From Tubiluchus corallicola (taxonomy: Eukaryota; Animalia; Priapulida): a DNA stretch of 64,000 nucleotides. The stretch is from contig JAQGDQ010000033.1 in the NCBI GenBank assembly GCA_030141605.1, positions 799,214 to 863,213 of the forward strand. The letters are read 5' to 3'. The translations under genes and the position numbers were made by a program. This document shows, one piece after another, positions 39,601 to 52,400 of the stretch. The notes beneath the pieces are model-generated. The model saw only the letters and a list, made by a program, of their open reading frames with translations, made no database searches and was not told where the DNA came from. Numbering within the stretch: the first letter of the stretch is position 1; every line of letters begins with the position of its first letter.

Positions 39601-42600
39601 TAGTATTCGCACTTTTCATAGCACAACCAAAGTCATTTGAACGAAGAGTCTTTTTGAGTGCATTCTTGACATTTATCTACTTTTGTTAAACATCTTAATG
39701 TAGATGCAGTAGAAGACTGATATCTTAGAGTTTGTCTGCTTTTGAAAGCGGGCTGTTGCTATTTGCCATAGTGTTGTTTAATGCTTCGCTGCACTCAGGA
39801 CGATTTACAAGCATGTTCGCTCAGCTTGACCACTACCCAGTGTTGAATTCTACGTGCTTTTTACAAGCTTCCATCCTAAATTAACTGGATAGCATGCAGG
39901 ACATTTTATATTTTATTTATTAGAAATAGGTAGTGCCATGTGAAAAAATACTGTGTACAGCAGTGTTATAATTAGAGCATCAGTAATTTGTAAATTTTTA
40001 TAATGAATTAGTATGTACTGATTAGAATTTATTTTACTTATGCAGGCTTGCTGGCTTTCATCTTTGATGACGTCCGTCAGAGGTCAGACCTGATGTTTGC
40101 ATGGCTTTACAAAGAATATGCAGACTATCAAGGCTTTACTTCACCTATAGAAGAGGACAAGGGAGATTTAGATAAATATAATTTCTGTTTGACCAGTATA
40201 CTTAGTGGACTCCTCAGCAAATTCGAGCACAAAGATAGGTATTTATTAGTAGTGTGTTATATATTTTACTTTTATATGTAACAAATTAATTTCTTATAAC
40301 TGTCGCTAATTTATAATAATGTTTATTTAAATTTTGATCGTTATTTTCCTTTCAGTTTATTCTGTAAAGTTTTGCTAGAAGCGCCACTTATAACGGAAGA
40401 GGCTATTGATATTCTCAGGGATTACTGTCAGAATGAAGTAAGTTGCAATATATTTTTCTAATTTGGAAAATCTGTAACAAAGGAGGACATCATTTCCAAG
40501 CATCTTTCAAGCGATGCAATAATAATTCAAATTTTTCGTATTTTGCTGAAAACAAATTCTATTGTGTATGTAATTATGTTGTGTATAAATAATAAAAGTG
40601 ACCTTGGAAGAGCACGACTCCTGTTTCTTGTGATCAAAGTACATTTGTTTTTTCTAGAATCATGCATTTAGCGGAATGTCTGTTCTCAAGGATCTGATAT
40701 TCATGCGCCCAGGAAAGCAAATTTACTATTTAAATGTGTTACTTGAGTTTACAATTTGTGATAAACCAGAGGTGAGTAACTGTTGTTGTTGTTGAAGTCA
40801 TTTAGTAATGTTATGTTAAACGTACATGAATGAAACCACAATTACATTTAATTCGTCTTTAAGACATTCTATTATCATAATTGCTATTAATAATCAGTTA
40901 CAATTTTGTTTGTATTACAAACTCTGCTTAATTCACTAGTTGAATAATGAACAAAAATTTGGTGTTCCAGTCTTTCAGAAACATAAAACGTTATTAAACT
41001 TCTCTGTTGTATATGCTACTGAAGAATGTTATTTGTAGTATCCTAGTTACAAAATATTATCTTTGTTGTAGGTTCGAAATCAAGCTATCATAGTGACAAA
41101 AAAACTGTACAGTCAAGACAAAACGATGGAAGAGAAAGTTGACACTTTTGCAAATCAGATACTTAAATATTTAGAGCATCCAGCGCCACCTTTGAGTCTA
41201 GTAAAAACAGGTATTGCATTTAAAAATTGCTCTGTCTTAACTGGAAATAAGTGTGTCATTCATTTTCTTCCATGATATAAATTGATTGTTAGTTACTGCA
41301 GTTTGAGTCTTTCTGGTATGTTACTTGAGTGTAAATTGAGTGTTAGTGTAAGCGATGCTAACACTGATTATTTTTACAGATGTAGATTCATGGTCTGAGG
41401 AAGACATTAAACGTTGTCTTCAGTTGTATCTTTCTCTGTTGCCGGAGAAGCACCAGTTAATACACGAGCTCTCAGTTGTTTATACGTCAGCCAGTGCAGA
41501 CATCAAACGAGTTATACTACGCACACTTGAAGCTCCTGTATGTAGTGCAAATTGTTATCATATAACAAAAAAGAACATGCATTTCTTTACTGTCTTTATT
41601 TTTATGTTTAAACTCTATTTTATTGTCACGAAATTGCTGATCGGTTTTTAGGTAAGAAAACTATGAGATATTTTAGGCATGAAAATTATGTGGTATTTTT
41701 ATTTTATGTACTATGTTGTAGCACATTAGTTGACTAGAAATAAGGGTCCAGAAACTTAGTCAACTGGTTCTTAGGTGCATTAGTGGTGGGCATAATCGAT
41801 TATAATCGTTTACTTGCTTGTAAGTCTCTAGTATCGATTACTTTGCTGAGTAATCGAATACTAAATGATTACTTTCGGGCCTATAACTTTATAATAAATT
41901 TTTGAAATACAAAAAATGAAAAATCTGTTTCAAATAATTTTTAACACGGAAAAAGCGCGAACCTAAACACTAAACGCTCTGAAACACAGAATTCGCATAC
42001 TTCCACCTTCAAACACTGACTAATTATCAGTGACTCTACTAGTTGCAGCTAAAATTGAGCTTGAGCTGCTGCTGTGCTGGGATAAAAGGCTGCATCCTCT
42101 TTTATGAGAACCAGTGTGTCACTGTCCGTGGGTGGCCTGGCCTCTAATAAACAAGCCATTATGATGTTGTGTGACCCAGCAGTTTTTAGTCAAATCACAT
42201 TTTTTATAGAGCATTTTTCTAAAAGTTCTCTTGCATAAAGCATTTTAATGTAGATCATTGTGGCAACTTAATTTCTGGAAACTTTGTAGAAATGTCTCAT
42301 TGCTATATTCTTCGATTATGAGGTAGTAGTCAATTGAAAAAGCATTTTTAATCTATAAATACACGTGCATTTTGCTCTAAAAGTTTTCTAATATAATTAA
42401 TAACACACGTTCGAATCATATGTAGTTTACACAGGACTTACTTTATTATCTAAATTTTTAATATTAGTTTCAGTGCAATATGCTGTACAACATGAAATAT
42501 AAATAATTATAAACACAAATGAGTTTGGAACTAGTTTAAAGATGCTATTTCTCATACTAAACAAAGGCCTATAATTAAAGCATCAGTTCCTGAAACATCT

Positions 42601-45600
42601 GCCTAAGGGCGACTGCAGTGTCGTTAGAGACTTACAGCCTTTATTTCGTTGCCTTTCTGGGTGCCGGGGAGTACAGATCTATATAGACACCCTCAGCAGG
42701 ATCACATGCCCATGCGCAAGCTTAGTAATCGATTACTGCCAAAAGTAATCAGTAATCATGACTAGTTGAAATTGGTATTGCCCACCACTAAGGTGCAGTC
42801 CGTTAAATATTTTTTACTGCAACATGCTCAGATTTTTTTTACTGATAACTAAAACTGTTGCTAGTCATAGTCTTGCAGTCGCTTTGATTTTTTTAATGAC
42901 ACTAATGTATTTTATCATATAGACATATTATATAGCAGCACATAGCATAACGGCTTGTTGTGTTTTGAAGCAATATTGGCACACTTGCTAACTTCTTGCA
43001 GTGTGTATTAAAGTGGGTGCAAAAATCTTCCTGATAGTATATTAGCATAAATTTGTTATACCAACAAAAAATTTACCTCTCACGTCACTTGTTCAAAAAA
43101 GTGAACTTTTTATTTGTTCAAGAAAAATACTCGGGGATGAAAAAAATGCTGGAGAACCACTTTTTTAGCTTATTACGTTAGGGTGTAACCTATTTTGTAA
43201 TACAGGTAAAAGGTATGGGAATGGACTCACCTGAACTACTACTGCTTGTGGAAAATTGTCCAAAGGGTGCCGAAACTTTAGTCACTCGAATAATACACAT
43301 TCTAACGGACAAAAGTAAGCTAAATTTTAACACCCATTTGCCCAAAAAACTTGACTTCCAGAGCAACATAATTTTGTAGTTATTTCGTTGCCAATTGTTC
43401 AGTTTGATTGTCCTTGTTAAAAAACTTTTGCATTCGAATCCAGAGTATGGTACTTCTTTAATATTTTATGCTAACCAACATGAGACGTTTCCTCTTTGTA
43501 GAGGTGGCTGTTTTATAGCTGCTTCAGTTACCAGTCTAATAACACAGATTATGTATGTGTTGGGTATTATTCAGCATAAACAAAATTTTATTGTGCATGT
43601 TAATGAACGTTTCCGGTATTTTTCGTTATTGTTCTATTGTGATAATCAGTTACTTGCTTATACATTAGCTGCTGCTCTTTTATTTACAAATTTTTATTGT
43701 ATCACTTTTAGCACCACCTTCTCGTGCTCTGGTTGAGCGAGTCAGAGACCTGTATCATAAGCGCGTATCTGACATACGATTTCTCATACCCGTTCTCATT
43801 GGTTTATCAAAGGTATGAACAGAATTTACACTTTTGAGGGTAATTGTGAAATTTCCTATTTTTATTTCTTGTGCATTTGTGGCATAGTGTAGCATTATCT
43901 CTATTTTTCTTTATCCCTTTGAGTTGCTCAGTTGATAGATTTATATGCATCATGTATTCACTAGTTCTAATAGCCTAAAGAAGGTATAAATCTGAGAGAA
44001 CTTAATTAGGGCGTTTTTAAAATAAACAATTTTGCACTTATTTCTACTATTGGTGATTTAACTTTTTTGATGGTTTGTATTTTGTTTAAATATTACTATA
44101 ATGTCGGTTGAGTTAATTTGGCCTAGTTTGTATTAAGCTTTGTAATCATCACTGCAAAACTGACTGTAGATACTAAGTAAGCCTGTATTCATATCCTGGA
44201 TTTTTATAAGTGAAGTAAAATTAGCGATTTTGAATATTTTGGGCTTCCATCTGGATTCTTGCCCAGTGTTTTTCTGTCTACAATTCTTATTTTGCAGAAA
44301 GAAGTTGTTTCTGCTTTGCCCAAATTGATACGTCTCAATCCAAATGTCGTTAAAGAAGTATTCAACCGGTTGCTTGGAGTAAATGGTAATATTTTTTCAT
44401 TTTTCCCAACTTTCATCAAGTTCATTTTAGTCACGGAAAGCATTTGTAATCTGACTGACTTAATTAATTATAATCCCAATTTAAGATTATTATTAGTTCC
44501 GGAGCAAAACCATGTCCGCAAGTAAGAGGTCCCTTGCATTTCCCTGTCTTTTAGTGGAGTTTCAAAATGTAATAATTATGGATTTATTCCATCATTGATG
44601 ACTTGGTTTTGTAATCGTGTTGTTCATAAGATCAGTATGCTCATTTATTCACTAAGTAGACATCATCAATATTGAGAGATATATTAAAGGTATTTGAAGG
44701 TCTAGAATACTAAAATCACCAATCTTATTTTGTAGTTGAAGGCAGGCAAGAGTACACTAGTCCCCTTACTCCGGCTGAGCTGTTGATCGCATTACACTTA
44801 ATTGATCCAGCAAAATGTGACATGAAATGCATAATTAAGGGTAATTATTTATTATTTAAATGCTCACTGTTGCATTTGCTATTTGATCAGTTCATGTATA
44901 TAGTTGGCCATTGTATTACTGCAGTTTTACGGGCATGACAAACCTAAAAGTTTTAAAAGAGTAAAAGCAACTTTGACATCACTTCGCTTGTGTGTATAAA
45001 AATATTAATACTGCAGCAGAAGTATGATGACAGTATAGTCGAACTATAGCAATGCAGTCAATATGAGGCTTCAATAAATCCAATGGAATTGAGTTTTTTG
45101 ATTGTTTATTTGTTATGCTAACAGATTTATTGTGTAAGTGGCAAAATTTTTTGCAGCTACTAAATGGATGACACTTTAATTGTTTCGCATCGTATGTAGT
45201 AGCTTGTCTATGTTTTGCGAGTTGTGAAAGTTAGCTGTTTACAGAGAAAAAGTGTTTAAAAATTCATTGAAATTTTCATGTAAATTGATTTGTAAATTTC
45301 TGTTGATGTCAGCAAGTTAAAATGTCCATCCTTGTGAATATTGTCACTATTAATCATTTTGCTTCTTGCACAGCAACAGGGATGTGTTTTGCGGAGAGCA
45401 GTGTCTATACACAAGAAGTTTTAGCACTAGTTTTACAGCAATTAATGGAACATAAGCCACTGCCAGTGTTATTTATGCGCACAGTGATTCAGTCACTTGC
45501 AATGTACCCACGACTGATTGGTTTCGTGATGAGTATTCTTGGGCAATTAATTAACATGGAGGTAATGGTATTTTTAACAAAACGCAGTCAGTTATGATAT

Positions 45601-48493
45601 TTTGGGTTTGATTTTGCATTGTATCAATACCTCTACAAGTTTTCATGTAAATTTATTTTATTTCAATTCCAGATCATTTTGGCTTATAGTATTTGCTTAT
45701 TTCCAATTTTAACCAAAACTTAATGCAATAATTTATTATGTTTGTATTTCTGTAACATGCCCTATAGAACGTAAAGCACTGTGTGAACGTTTTACATGTT
45801 CTTTTGTAAACATTTGCTTCTAGGTTTGGAGACTTAAGAAAGTGTGGGTTGGTTTTGTAAAATGTTGTGAGCAAACAATGCCGCAGTCATTTCAAGTTCT
45901 TATACGTTTGCCTCCTGAACAATTTTCAGATGTATTCAAAATTTGCCCTCAGCTAAGAGAGTCTCTACGCAGACATGTTAATGGTTTCACAGTGACTCAG
46001 GTGCGCAATGACTTTTTGTAGAATTTGTTTTGCTTTCCTCCTTGTTCTCTAAATCTACTTTTAAATGGCTGATAACAAAATCAATCTCACAAAATCTACG
46101 ATTTTTTAACTAACAATTGACCACTGAGCTAACTAAATAATAAAAAATTGTCCTTTTTCTACTTGAGGGGGAGCAGTGTTAGCTGTGCAGTTATTTGGTA
46201 TATGTCACCTAATTTTGTTAACATGCTGTTTTCTGCTAATCATAAAATTAAAGTTTAATCGTAATTTGTCAACATTTATGCAAACTTGAAATTCTACTTA
46301 ATAGTTAATCATAACTGCAGTGGACTTTTGTTACTGTTTAATTGTTAATGTTAAGCAAACTTGAAATTCTACTTAATAGTTAATTATAGCAGCAGTGAAC
46401 TTTCATTACTGTTTATTCGTTAATGCTGAGCCAAACTTGAAATTCTACTTAATAGTTAATCATAACTGCAGTGGACTTCCATTACTGTTTATTCGTTAAC
46501 ACTGAGTAAGCCTGAAATTCTACTTTTTGCAGAAGAAGCACATTCCAAAGTTCATGCTAGATGCTATACAAAATGAACCCGAGGTGGTAGTAGTTTCTGG
46601 TACAGAAGAGAATAAGCCACCAAACATGGAAAATAGGAAAATTATTGCAGAGGTGCCTATTTTACTTGCTGTTAGTTATTGTAGTTCCCTTTATTTATTC
46701 TGAAATCCAGTTTCTCGTGAATGTTAATAGAGATATTTTAACATATCAGGTATATTTAAAAAATATTTAAAAAAGATATTTAAAAAAAATATTAAGATGC
46801 AGTTACAAGAGGAGCCAAATGACAATTTCGTTGTTCAGCCTGTGATTGACGAGAATCTTAAGGGCATCCAGCTTGGCTTTATAAATCTGCTGCATTGATT
46901 TTACACCTAGATGCCACGCTCTTACATACAGCCATACATCTCTGCTATTGAAAAAAAACAGTGCAAATTTTCAGATGTAGAACCAAGAAAATTTTCAACT
47001 ACTGAGTAAGAATTTACCACCCTATATATTATTGGGTGATTAGCTGCAAAAAAGTTGAAACCCGCGTTAGTGAGGGACTTCTAAAACACCTTATATGTGA
47101 ATAACAGAATGAGTGTATCATATTTCAAGATACACAAGTATCAAGCCATATATTAGAAAAGTTTGATTATATTATTAAATTATATTAATGCAAATTTACG
47201 TACTAACATGCAAAAAATACAATTAATCTGCAATTAGATGAAGCCACAAATAGAAAATTTGCAAATATCAGTCGACTGCTGTCTTTTGAATGGTTCAATT
47301 TGTTTGAGGAGTCTCCTGATTTTAGTATTAATAATTTGCAAAGCTTTGAAGCAATGTCTGCAACATTTTGAACTTGCAGTAAAGACAAACATTTTTATTC
47401 TATTGCATATAATTAGCTGATAACTTTTCACCACCAATAGTTTGGTGTAGAGACCAGAAACACACTTATTTTGTTAATTTCTTAGAAATCAGGAAAACCT
47501 GACGTGACAGACAATGCAGAAGTTGATGTGGACAAGTCAGTTGATAATAATCAGGTAACCGGATTTTGTTCGATGCTGCAGTGAGTGTTCCCAAAACTCT
47601 TGAAACACATTTGGTACCAATTATCACTTTACAGTTGTTGAGTGTTAGATCTACACAGAATTCTACTATAAGAAACAGACCTTCATAACAAGAAACACAG
47701 CAGTTGTCCAGCAAGTAATAGATGCTGCTGTGTCAGTGGCTTGTCAGATTTATTTCCATTATTATTAATTCACTTATCTAGTATATACAGAAAAATTTTA
47801 TAACTGTGTTAGTTAGTGGGTAGATGGTAAATTCTGTTGTAGATACATTGTTACATAGTTATTAGACAATACATCCATATTAGACTACTAATGCTTTTAA
47901 TATGTTTGATAATTAGCTAGCATTGTTTACCAAAAAAAACCTCCAAAAGTTAAGTCCTTTCACTCCATCAAAAATTTGTTTCTATATGCTTTATTGAAAA
48001 AGTTTTTTTAAACTACTTGTATTGTCATTTTGAATGCAGAAATTTCACATCCGAGTACTAGAATTTGAAAGCATTAGGAATTTATTAAACCTATTTTCAC
48101 TATCTCATTGCAGTGACATACTGTATTTGATAAAATTTTGGCAATGGAAGTGAAATATTTTCTCTGTTTCTGCCTCATTTTTTGTTGTGCTTGCTGCCAG
48201 GCTACCTGACATGTATAGCATTCATAAATATGAAAATAACATCATGTTATATTGACAAAACTTGTGACTTCATTCCTAATAAAAAATTTTTTGTTTAGAA
48301 GGAACCAGAAACCCCTGTGAGGATTAGCATCAAAATTCCAAGTAGTATCCAGAAAGAGGAGCCACCCGCTCCTTCAACCGAGCCCACCTTAGAAGATGTG
48401 GTCGAAACAGAGCAAGAGGAAAAATCTTCGGATAAATTACTATCAAAAGTGTCTGGGAAAAATCCACCGAGAAGAAGTAATCGAGTAAAATGA
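21664..48493 (+). CDS. SYMPK: Symplekin (pre-mRNA 3'-end processing scaffold), complete, ~30 exons, ~1193 aa
   Basis: Exons: 21664-21753, 25711-25779, 26123-26176, 27968-28041, 28711-28837, 29297-29403, 30636-30699, 30883-31034, 33913-34010, 35671-35729 (GC donor), 35842-35937, 36129-36230, 36472-36630, 37488-37643, 37838-37910, 38244-38507, 40046-40238, 40356-40437, 40658-40771, 41072-41210, 41380-41537, 43206-43314, 43712-43812, 44298-44385, 44736-44840, 45374-45561, 45824-46000, 46533-46652, 47486-47554 (less certain), 48299-48493. All phases are compatible. Diagnostic motifs: [120 protein letters not shown]. Confidence 0.95.
23971..25388 (+). mobile_element. Internally deleted hAT DNA transposon in SYMPK intron 1
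   Basis: 8-bp TSD GTCATCAT at 23963-23970 and 25389-25396. Imperfect TIRs CGGGGGTGTATTA / CAGGGCATATTA. ORF 24487-24816 carries the hAT C-terminal dimerisation motif ([46 protein letters not shown]). A basic N-terminal remnant [11 protein letters not shown] lies just upstream. Confidence 0.88.
29509..30331. mobile_element. Degraded transposon-like insertion in SYMPK intron 6
   Basis: Weak inverted ends CATGGGCGTCTGC / reverse complement CAAGAACATCCGC, with G- and C-rich subterminal tracts. No convincing TSD. Confidence 0.35.
32485..33021 (-). CDS. Intronless 178-aa protein with divergent MATH/TRAF-like domain, nested antisense in SYMPK intron 8
   Basis: Uninterrupted ATG-to-stop ORF in good start context (ACAAATATGG) inside intron 31035-33912. 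The C-terminal [20 protein letters not shown] matches the MATH end motif (L.DP..GFIKDD.I.I.V). Minus-strand AATAAA signals lie downstream near 32281 and 32217. Confidence 0.65.
   Translation of the reverse strand: MAKKGGKVSQKEIGVAVYKVSVDLKEDTTAKNQFEDTILYKERGEFKNVYDSRDLLPSKSTKGWNLKLKRCQEEFECSQGKWNSGCCVLASIYSGNLNALICNGSWIEVMNACEKGNIRIECKRETDSYQWCDTIADHALLIDPTGGFIKKDQIIIKVHLILLKQMLTNVENSNKYQQ
34185..34880. repeat. Interspersed repeat resembling the 7403-8500 family
   Basis: Similar motifs: AAACTTGCA, GTGACTTGGGTCAAGG, AGTTTTTGAGTTTGGGTCACAATTTTTGGTAT (cf. AGTTTTTGAGCTAGGGCCCCAAATTTTGGTAT near 7614), and CCACTGTTCAGCAACAATAG. Confidence 0.55.
34938..35529 (+). mobile_element. Possible non-autonomous Helitron
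   Basis: Starts A|TCTATATATAATC and ends TATACGCTAG|T, i.e. 5'-TC, 3'-CTAG inserted in an AT dinucleotide. The interior is GC-richer than the flanks. The subterminal hairpin is not clear. Confidence 0.45.
38625..39000 (-). mobile_element. CR1/L2-like LINE 3' end fragment
   Basis: Minus frame [22 protein letters not shown] (38815-38879) matches the WNSLP..V...L..FK motif at the end of CR1/L2 ORF2. It terminates in AATAAA plus a (TCTAA)n-type tail at ~38625-38645. Confidence 0.65.
41781..42790. mobile_element. Non-autonomous hAT-type MITE in SYMPK intron 21
   Basis: Perfect 12-bp TIR TAGTGGTGGGCA / TGCCCACCACTA. 8-bp TSD AGGTGCAT / AGGTGCAG (7 of 8 match). Subterminal GTAATCGATTAC palindromic motifs at both ends. 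Confidence 0.88.
46280..46525 (+). repeat. Minisatellite, ~75-bp unit x ~3.3, abutting a SYMPK splice acceptor
   Basis: Unit GCAAACTTGAAATTCTACTTAATAGTTAATCATAACTGCAGTGGACTT...TTACTGTTTA..GTTAA starts at 46280, 46355 and 46430. A partial fourth copy runs into TTTTTGCAG at 46532. Confidence 0.9.
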
Positions 48494-49421
48494 CAGCTTC
48501 AAGCATCATGACTAACAACTTGTAAATACAAAATTTTATTCATTCTGTTGTGTTTTTTTTACTTTCAGAGCTTGTAGTTATTTATGCAATGAATGCATGT
48601 TAGTAAATACTGTACATAAAACAAACATTTATTCTTGTAGTTTTGTGATTACAAAAGGCTGAATTGGTTAATGAAAGCTGACGCAACATATCATCATACA
48701 AAAGAAATAAACAAACTTGTGTGCTTTTGAATCAAATGTATTTCTCTTCATGTTCATATTGATTTATGTTCTGTGAATTTCTTTTAAAGAAATCATGTGG
48801 TTAAATTGACAAAATGGCACGGAAGGAAGGCAAGTTAAAACTCTGTCTCTGTAAATTAGTTTGTAAAGTTCGTTTGTTGAACCAATAAAGTAGTAACTTT
48901 TGAAGGAACAAGCATTTTGTTTAAACTACTAATACACTCGTTACTTGTGTTTAAACCCGAATTCTTACAGCTGTGTAATGCATGGATGGTATCTTGTAAG
49001 TGACACAGTTCAGAAACTTCTCACAGTAATTAAACACAATAGATCTTTTAAAATATAAGAAATATATTAATTCTCTAATATATGTAAATACAATACATCC
49101 TTTAAATATAAATCGTATATATTAATTCTCTAATAAACTTACACATATATATATATAATTTTGTTAACAATAATTTCAAAAAAAGTTTTTGCAGTGATCA
49201 TAAATTAGCAAGTGCACAAGTGATATAATAAAGGGATTCACAGATTGTTTGCCTGTTGCACTAAATGCACTTCTGCATATATGGTATCACCATTTTATCT
49301 TGAGATTCTTGGTTTTTACTTACCTATACAATTTTCTATGTTGAAGACGCTTGAATTTTTTGGCGATTTGTGAAAATACACTGAAACATTTATTCAATTC
49401 ATTCTTGTTAGAAAACTGGGT

Positions 49422-52400
49422 TTATATGTCACTATATTGACTATAAGTACCGAAACTTAAATCGTATCGGGTGGAGGCATTCCTTCGTTGCTGTCGGTTC
49501 TTATATCTTCTGTAGCAAACCAGGCTGATAATGACGATTGTACCTACAATGATGACTCCGACTGTGATGCCAATAAGTAATGCCACGCTAGAGTTCATAC
49601 CTACTGTAAAACAAATTACTCGTTTATTACGAAAAAGCCCTTAATGTGTGTTGTAAATAATCTTTTAAAAATAATTTTGATTATTTCAGAAATATTAATC
49701 GTGTTCTTGATTTTATGTCAAGGTTCATAAAGTGCTTAGTAGATGCGGTTGTAGGATCCTGTGTTAATTCAGCCTGCATGCTCATCGCACAAGACTTATT
49801 TATCTCCATAAAAAGCAGAAAAATGCATTTTTTCCATAAAATTTTGGCAATAGTTACACTTACTGGGTTTACCACAGGCGGTTCCTGATTTCGTAGTAGA
49901 GATGTTTTCATACGGTGTTTTGCAAGTGCAGTTGTAGGATCCTATGGTGTTTGTGCAGTCTGCATGCTCATCACACAGGTTAAGATTGCCGTGTAAACAT
50001 TCGTCCACATCTGGAAGTCATCAGTATCATGTAATTATAATATTAATTTAAATATTAAATTGTTTATATCTTCTGTATAAATATCTAAATGCAATACCAT
50101 CCATTAAAGAGAGATCAACAGTGTAACTGGTTTTCAGAAAAAAGTACTTCTGAGTGAACAGGATGAGTAAACGGTTGAGTATACCACTTTTTCAGTAGAA
50201 TAAGTCAGTGTGACACATTGTATGCTCTCGTGGTTCACTTTGACAGTTTCCCTGTCATATTGTCACATGACCATAATTTAAAGATTTCCTTTTAGCAAAT
50301 CTCCCTTAGGCATTTACATATTTTAAAAAAGATTTTTTCATTTTTCTAGAGTGTATTTTTGGTTCAGTAAACCCTCAAAAAATTTTAATATCTTAGACCT
50401 ATTGACCTAAATTCATTTGCATTCAAATAATGTATGTATGAAAAATTTTAATGCATTTTTAAAGTGACAACAGACCTGTTAGAGCTACCGTATTTAGATG
50501 CACAACAACTTTCTGATCAGCTGCAAATTCCCTTGACAGTGTTTCCAGTATGGTATCTATAACTGTCTGCAATATGCTTCTTGTGTCCCTGGAGAAATCT
50601 GTACTGACCTTCAATACTAGTTCTACGTGAATCTGCACCAAAACACTATTGGCTTCTCTTCTTTTTCTCCTCTTTGTTTTATTTTCACTAAATTAAAGAA
50701 ATTTATTGATGGTATCAAGCAGAATTAGCTGAACAACTGCTTTAATAAACTTTGGTCGAAATATAATGAATGTATCAATAGTCACAATTTTGACCTTAAA
50801 CTTACGCATCTAACATAGCAATATTAATATGAGTCAGTCAGTACAATAAAAATTATGCTTCTTAATAAAAATGTTTAACTCACTTGTGGGTTATGTGTAT
50901 TGTGATTGACATAACATCATTTATGACATTTGCAGTATAAAGACCATCTTTTATCTGAAACAAACAAGATTTTACCACAGACTGCTAAATGCCATATATG
51001 AATGAAAGGCTGGCATTAGTCAGTAAATTTACTATTCTACCGCTTGCTTACAAGTTTATGTGCTGGTTAACTGTTGCTTTTTTCGTGATAGCAAACCTGC
51101 AAACTTTAATGTTCTAAATTTCTAATGATTCTATTGGCTTTTTAATCAGCTGTCTTGCTCACGCTCTGTCCGTTTCTAACGTATCTGTCAATTTTCTACA
51201 AAATATTTATATTTACTTTTAGCAGAAGTAATGCCTCAATGTCGTCTTCTTCAAGTGTGTCCATCCCAATTAGTGTAGCATTGAATTCCAAGTGATACCA
51301 TTCTACATTACCTGTTAAAAAGTATCATTGAATTAAGTATGGTGCTGATTTTTGGTTTTTAGATTTTTTGATAGCTTATGTCACTTAATGTATAGTTGCA
51401 CTTAAAATACTTAAAACAGAATGTGTACCTGATTTTAAGATAGTGAGTATATCCATATGAGTGCCAGCTAAGTGGGATAAGATAGGCATTGCCAAATCTT
51501 CTAGGTTTATCGAAACCACGGTTGATGTCTCATTTGTTAGTTCCATTATGTTTTCAAACCATGTATGTGTGTCAATGTATTGGAATTGTTGAGTAATGTC
51601 AGTTGTTGCAGTTGTATCAACTAACATATCTGATGTGAAACTCCTGTTTTGCAAAGCTTGTGTGTTGTCAGCAGTAATATCATTTTCGAACTTCACTGTA
51701 CCATCAGTTGTGAATTCTCCAGTGGTGTAATGACTAGTTCGTGAAATATTAATACCAATTGTTTCTCTGAACATAGTTACTGCTGTTTGATTGGTAATTT
51801 CTACAAACAAGGTTGTTTTAGTGGCACCAACTGCCTCCCCAGATGTAATTTCATCAGTCATCTGTTCAGTGACAGTCGCTGGCACTGTATGTTTTGTAAC
51901 ACTGTCATCAGTATCATGTTTCATTGCTTGAATATTGCTATATTCTGTTGTCAAAGTGACATTTGCGTGCGCTTGGTTGTTCGACTGTTGGGACTTTATT
52001 TTGTCAATGGCTACCACATCCACATAAAACCCAGACATTTCCCCTAGCTCATTAGTGTTGAAAATTATTCGGATGTAATGTCCGTGGAACACGTCTGATG
52101 GCGGTTTCATATTGCCACAGTACATTTCTGTATGTAGTTCTATGTTCCTGTAATATCTGATGATTTTTACGTGATCATAAGCTTCATCGTTACAACTTGC
52201 AGGATTGGAATCCACTTCAAAGTGTTGAAATTCTAGATTCACTAGTTGGTCAGGCTCTGCTTTGATAATTATGTCACAGTAAGAGTAAGGATCATATACA
52301 TTAGGAAAGTTTGGACTGCTGATCGTACCATTGACATGCAAGCAAGAGCCAATGTTTTTGTCTTGAACATTGGTGTCCTCTATTGCTGCTCTAATCATTT

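Noticed and set aside
50690-50809. Candidate extra exon of the CUB receptor after a TGTTAG acceptor
   Set aside because: Stops in the required phase. The 50884-to-50687 junction is already in frame.
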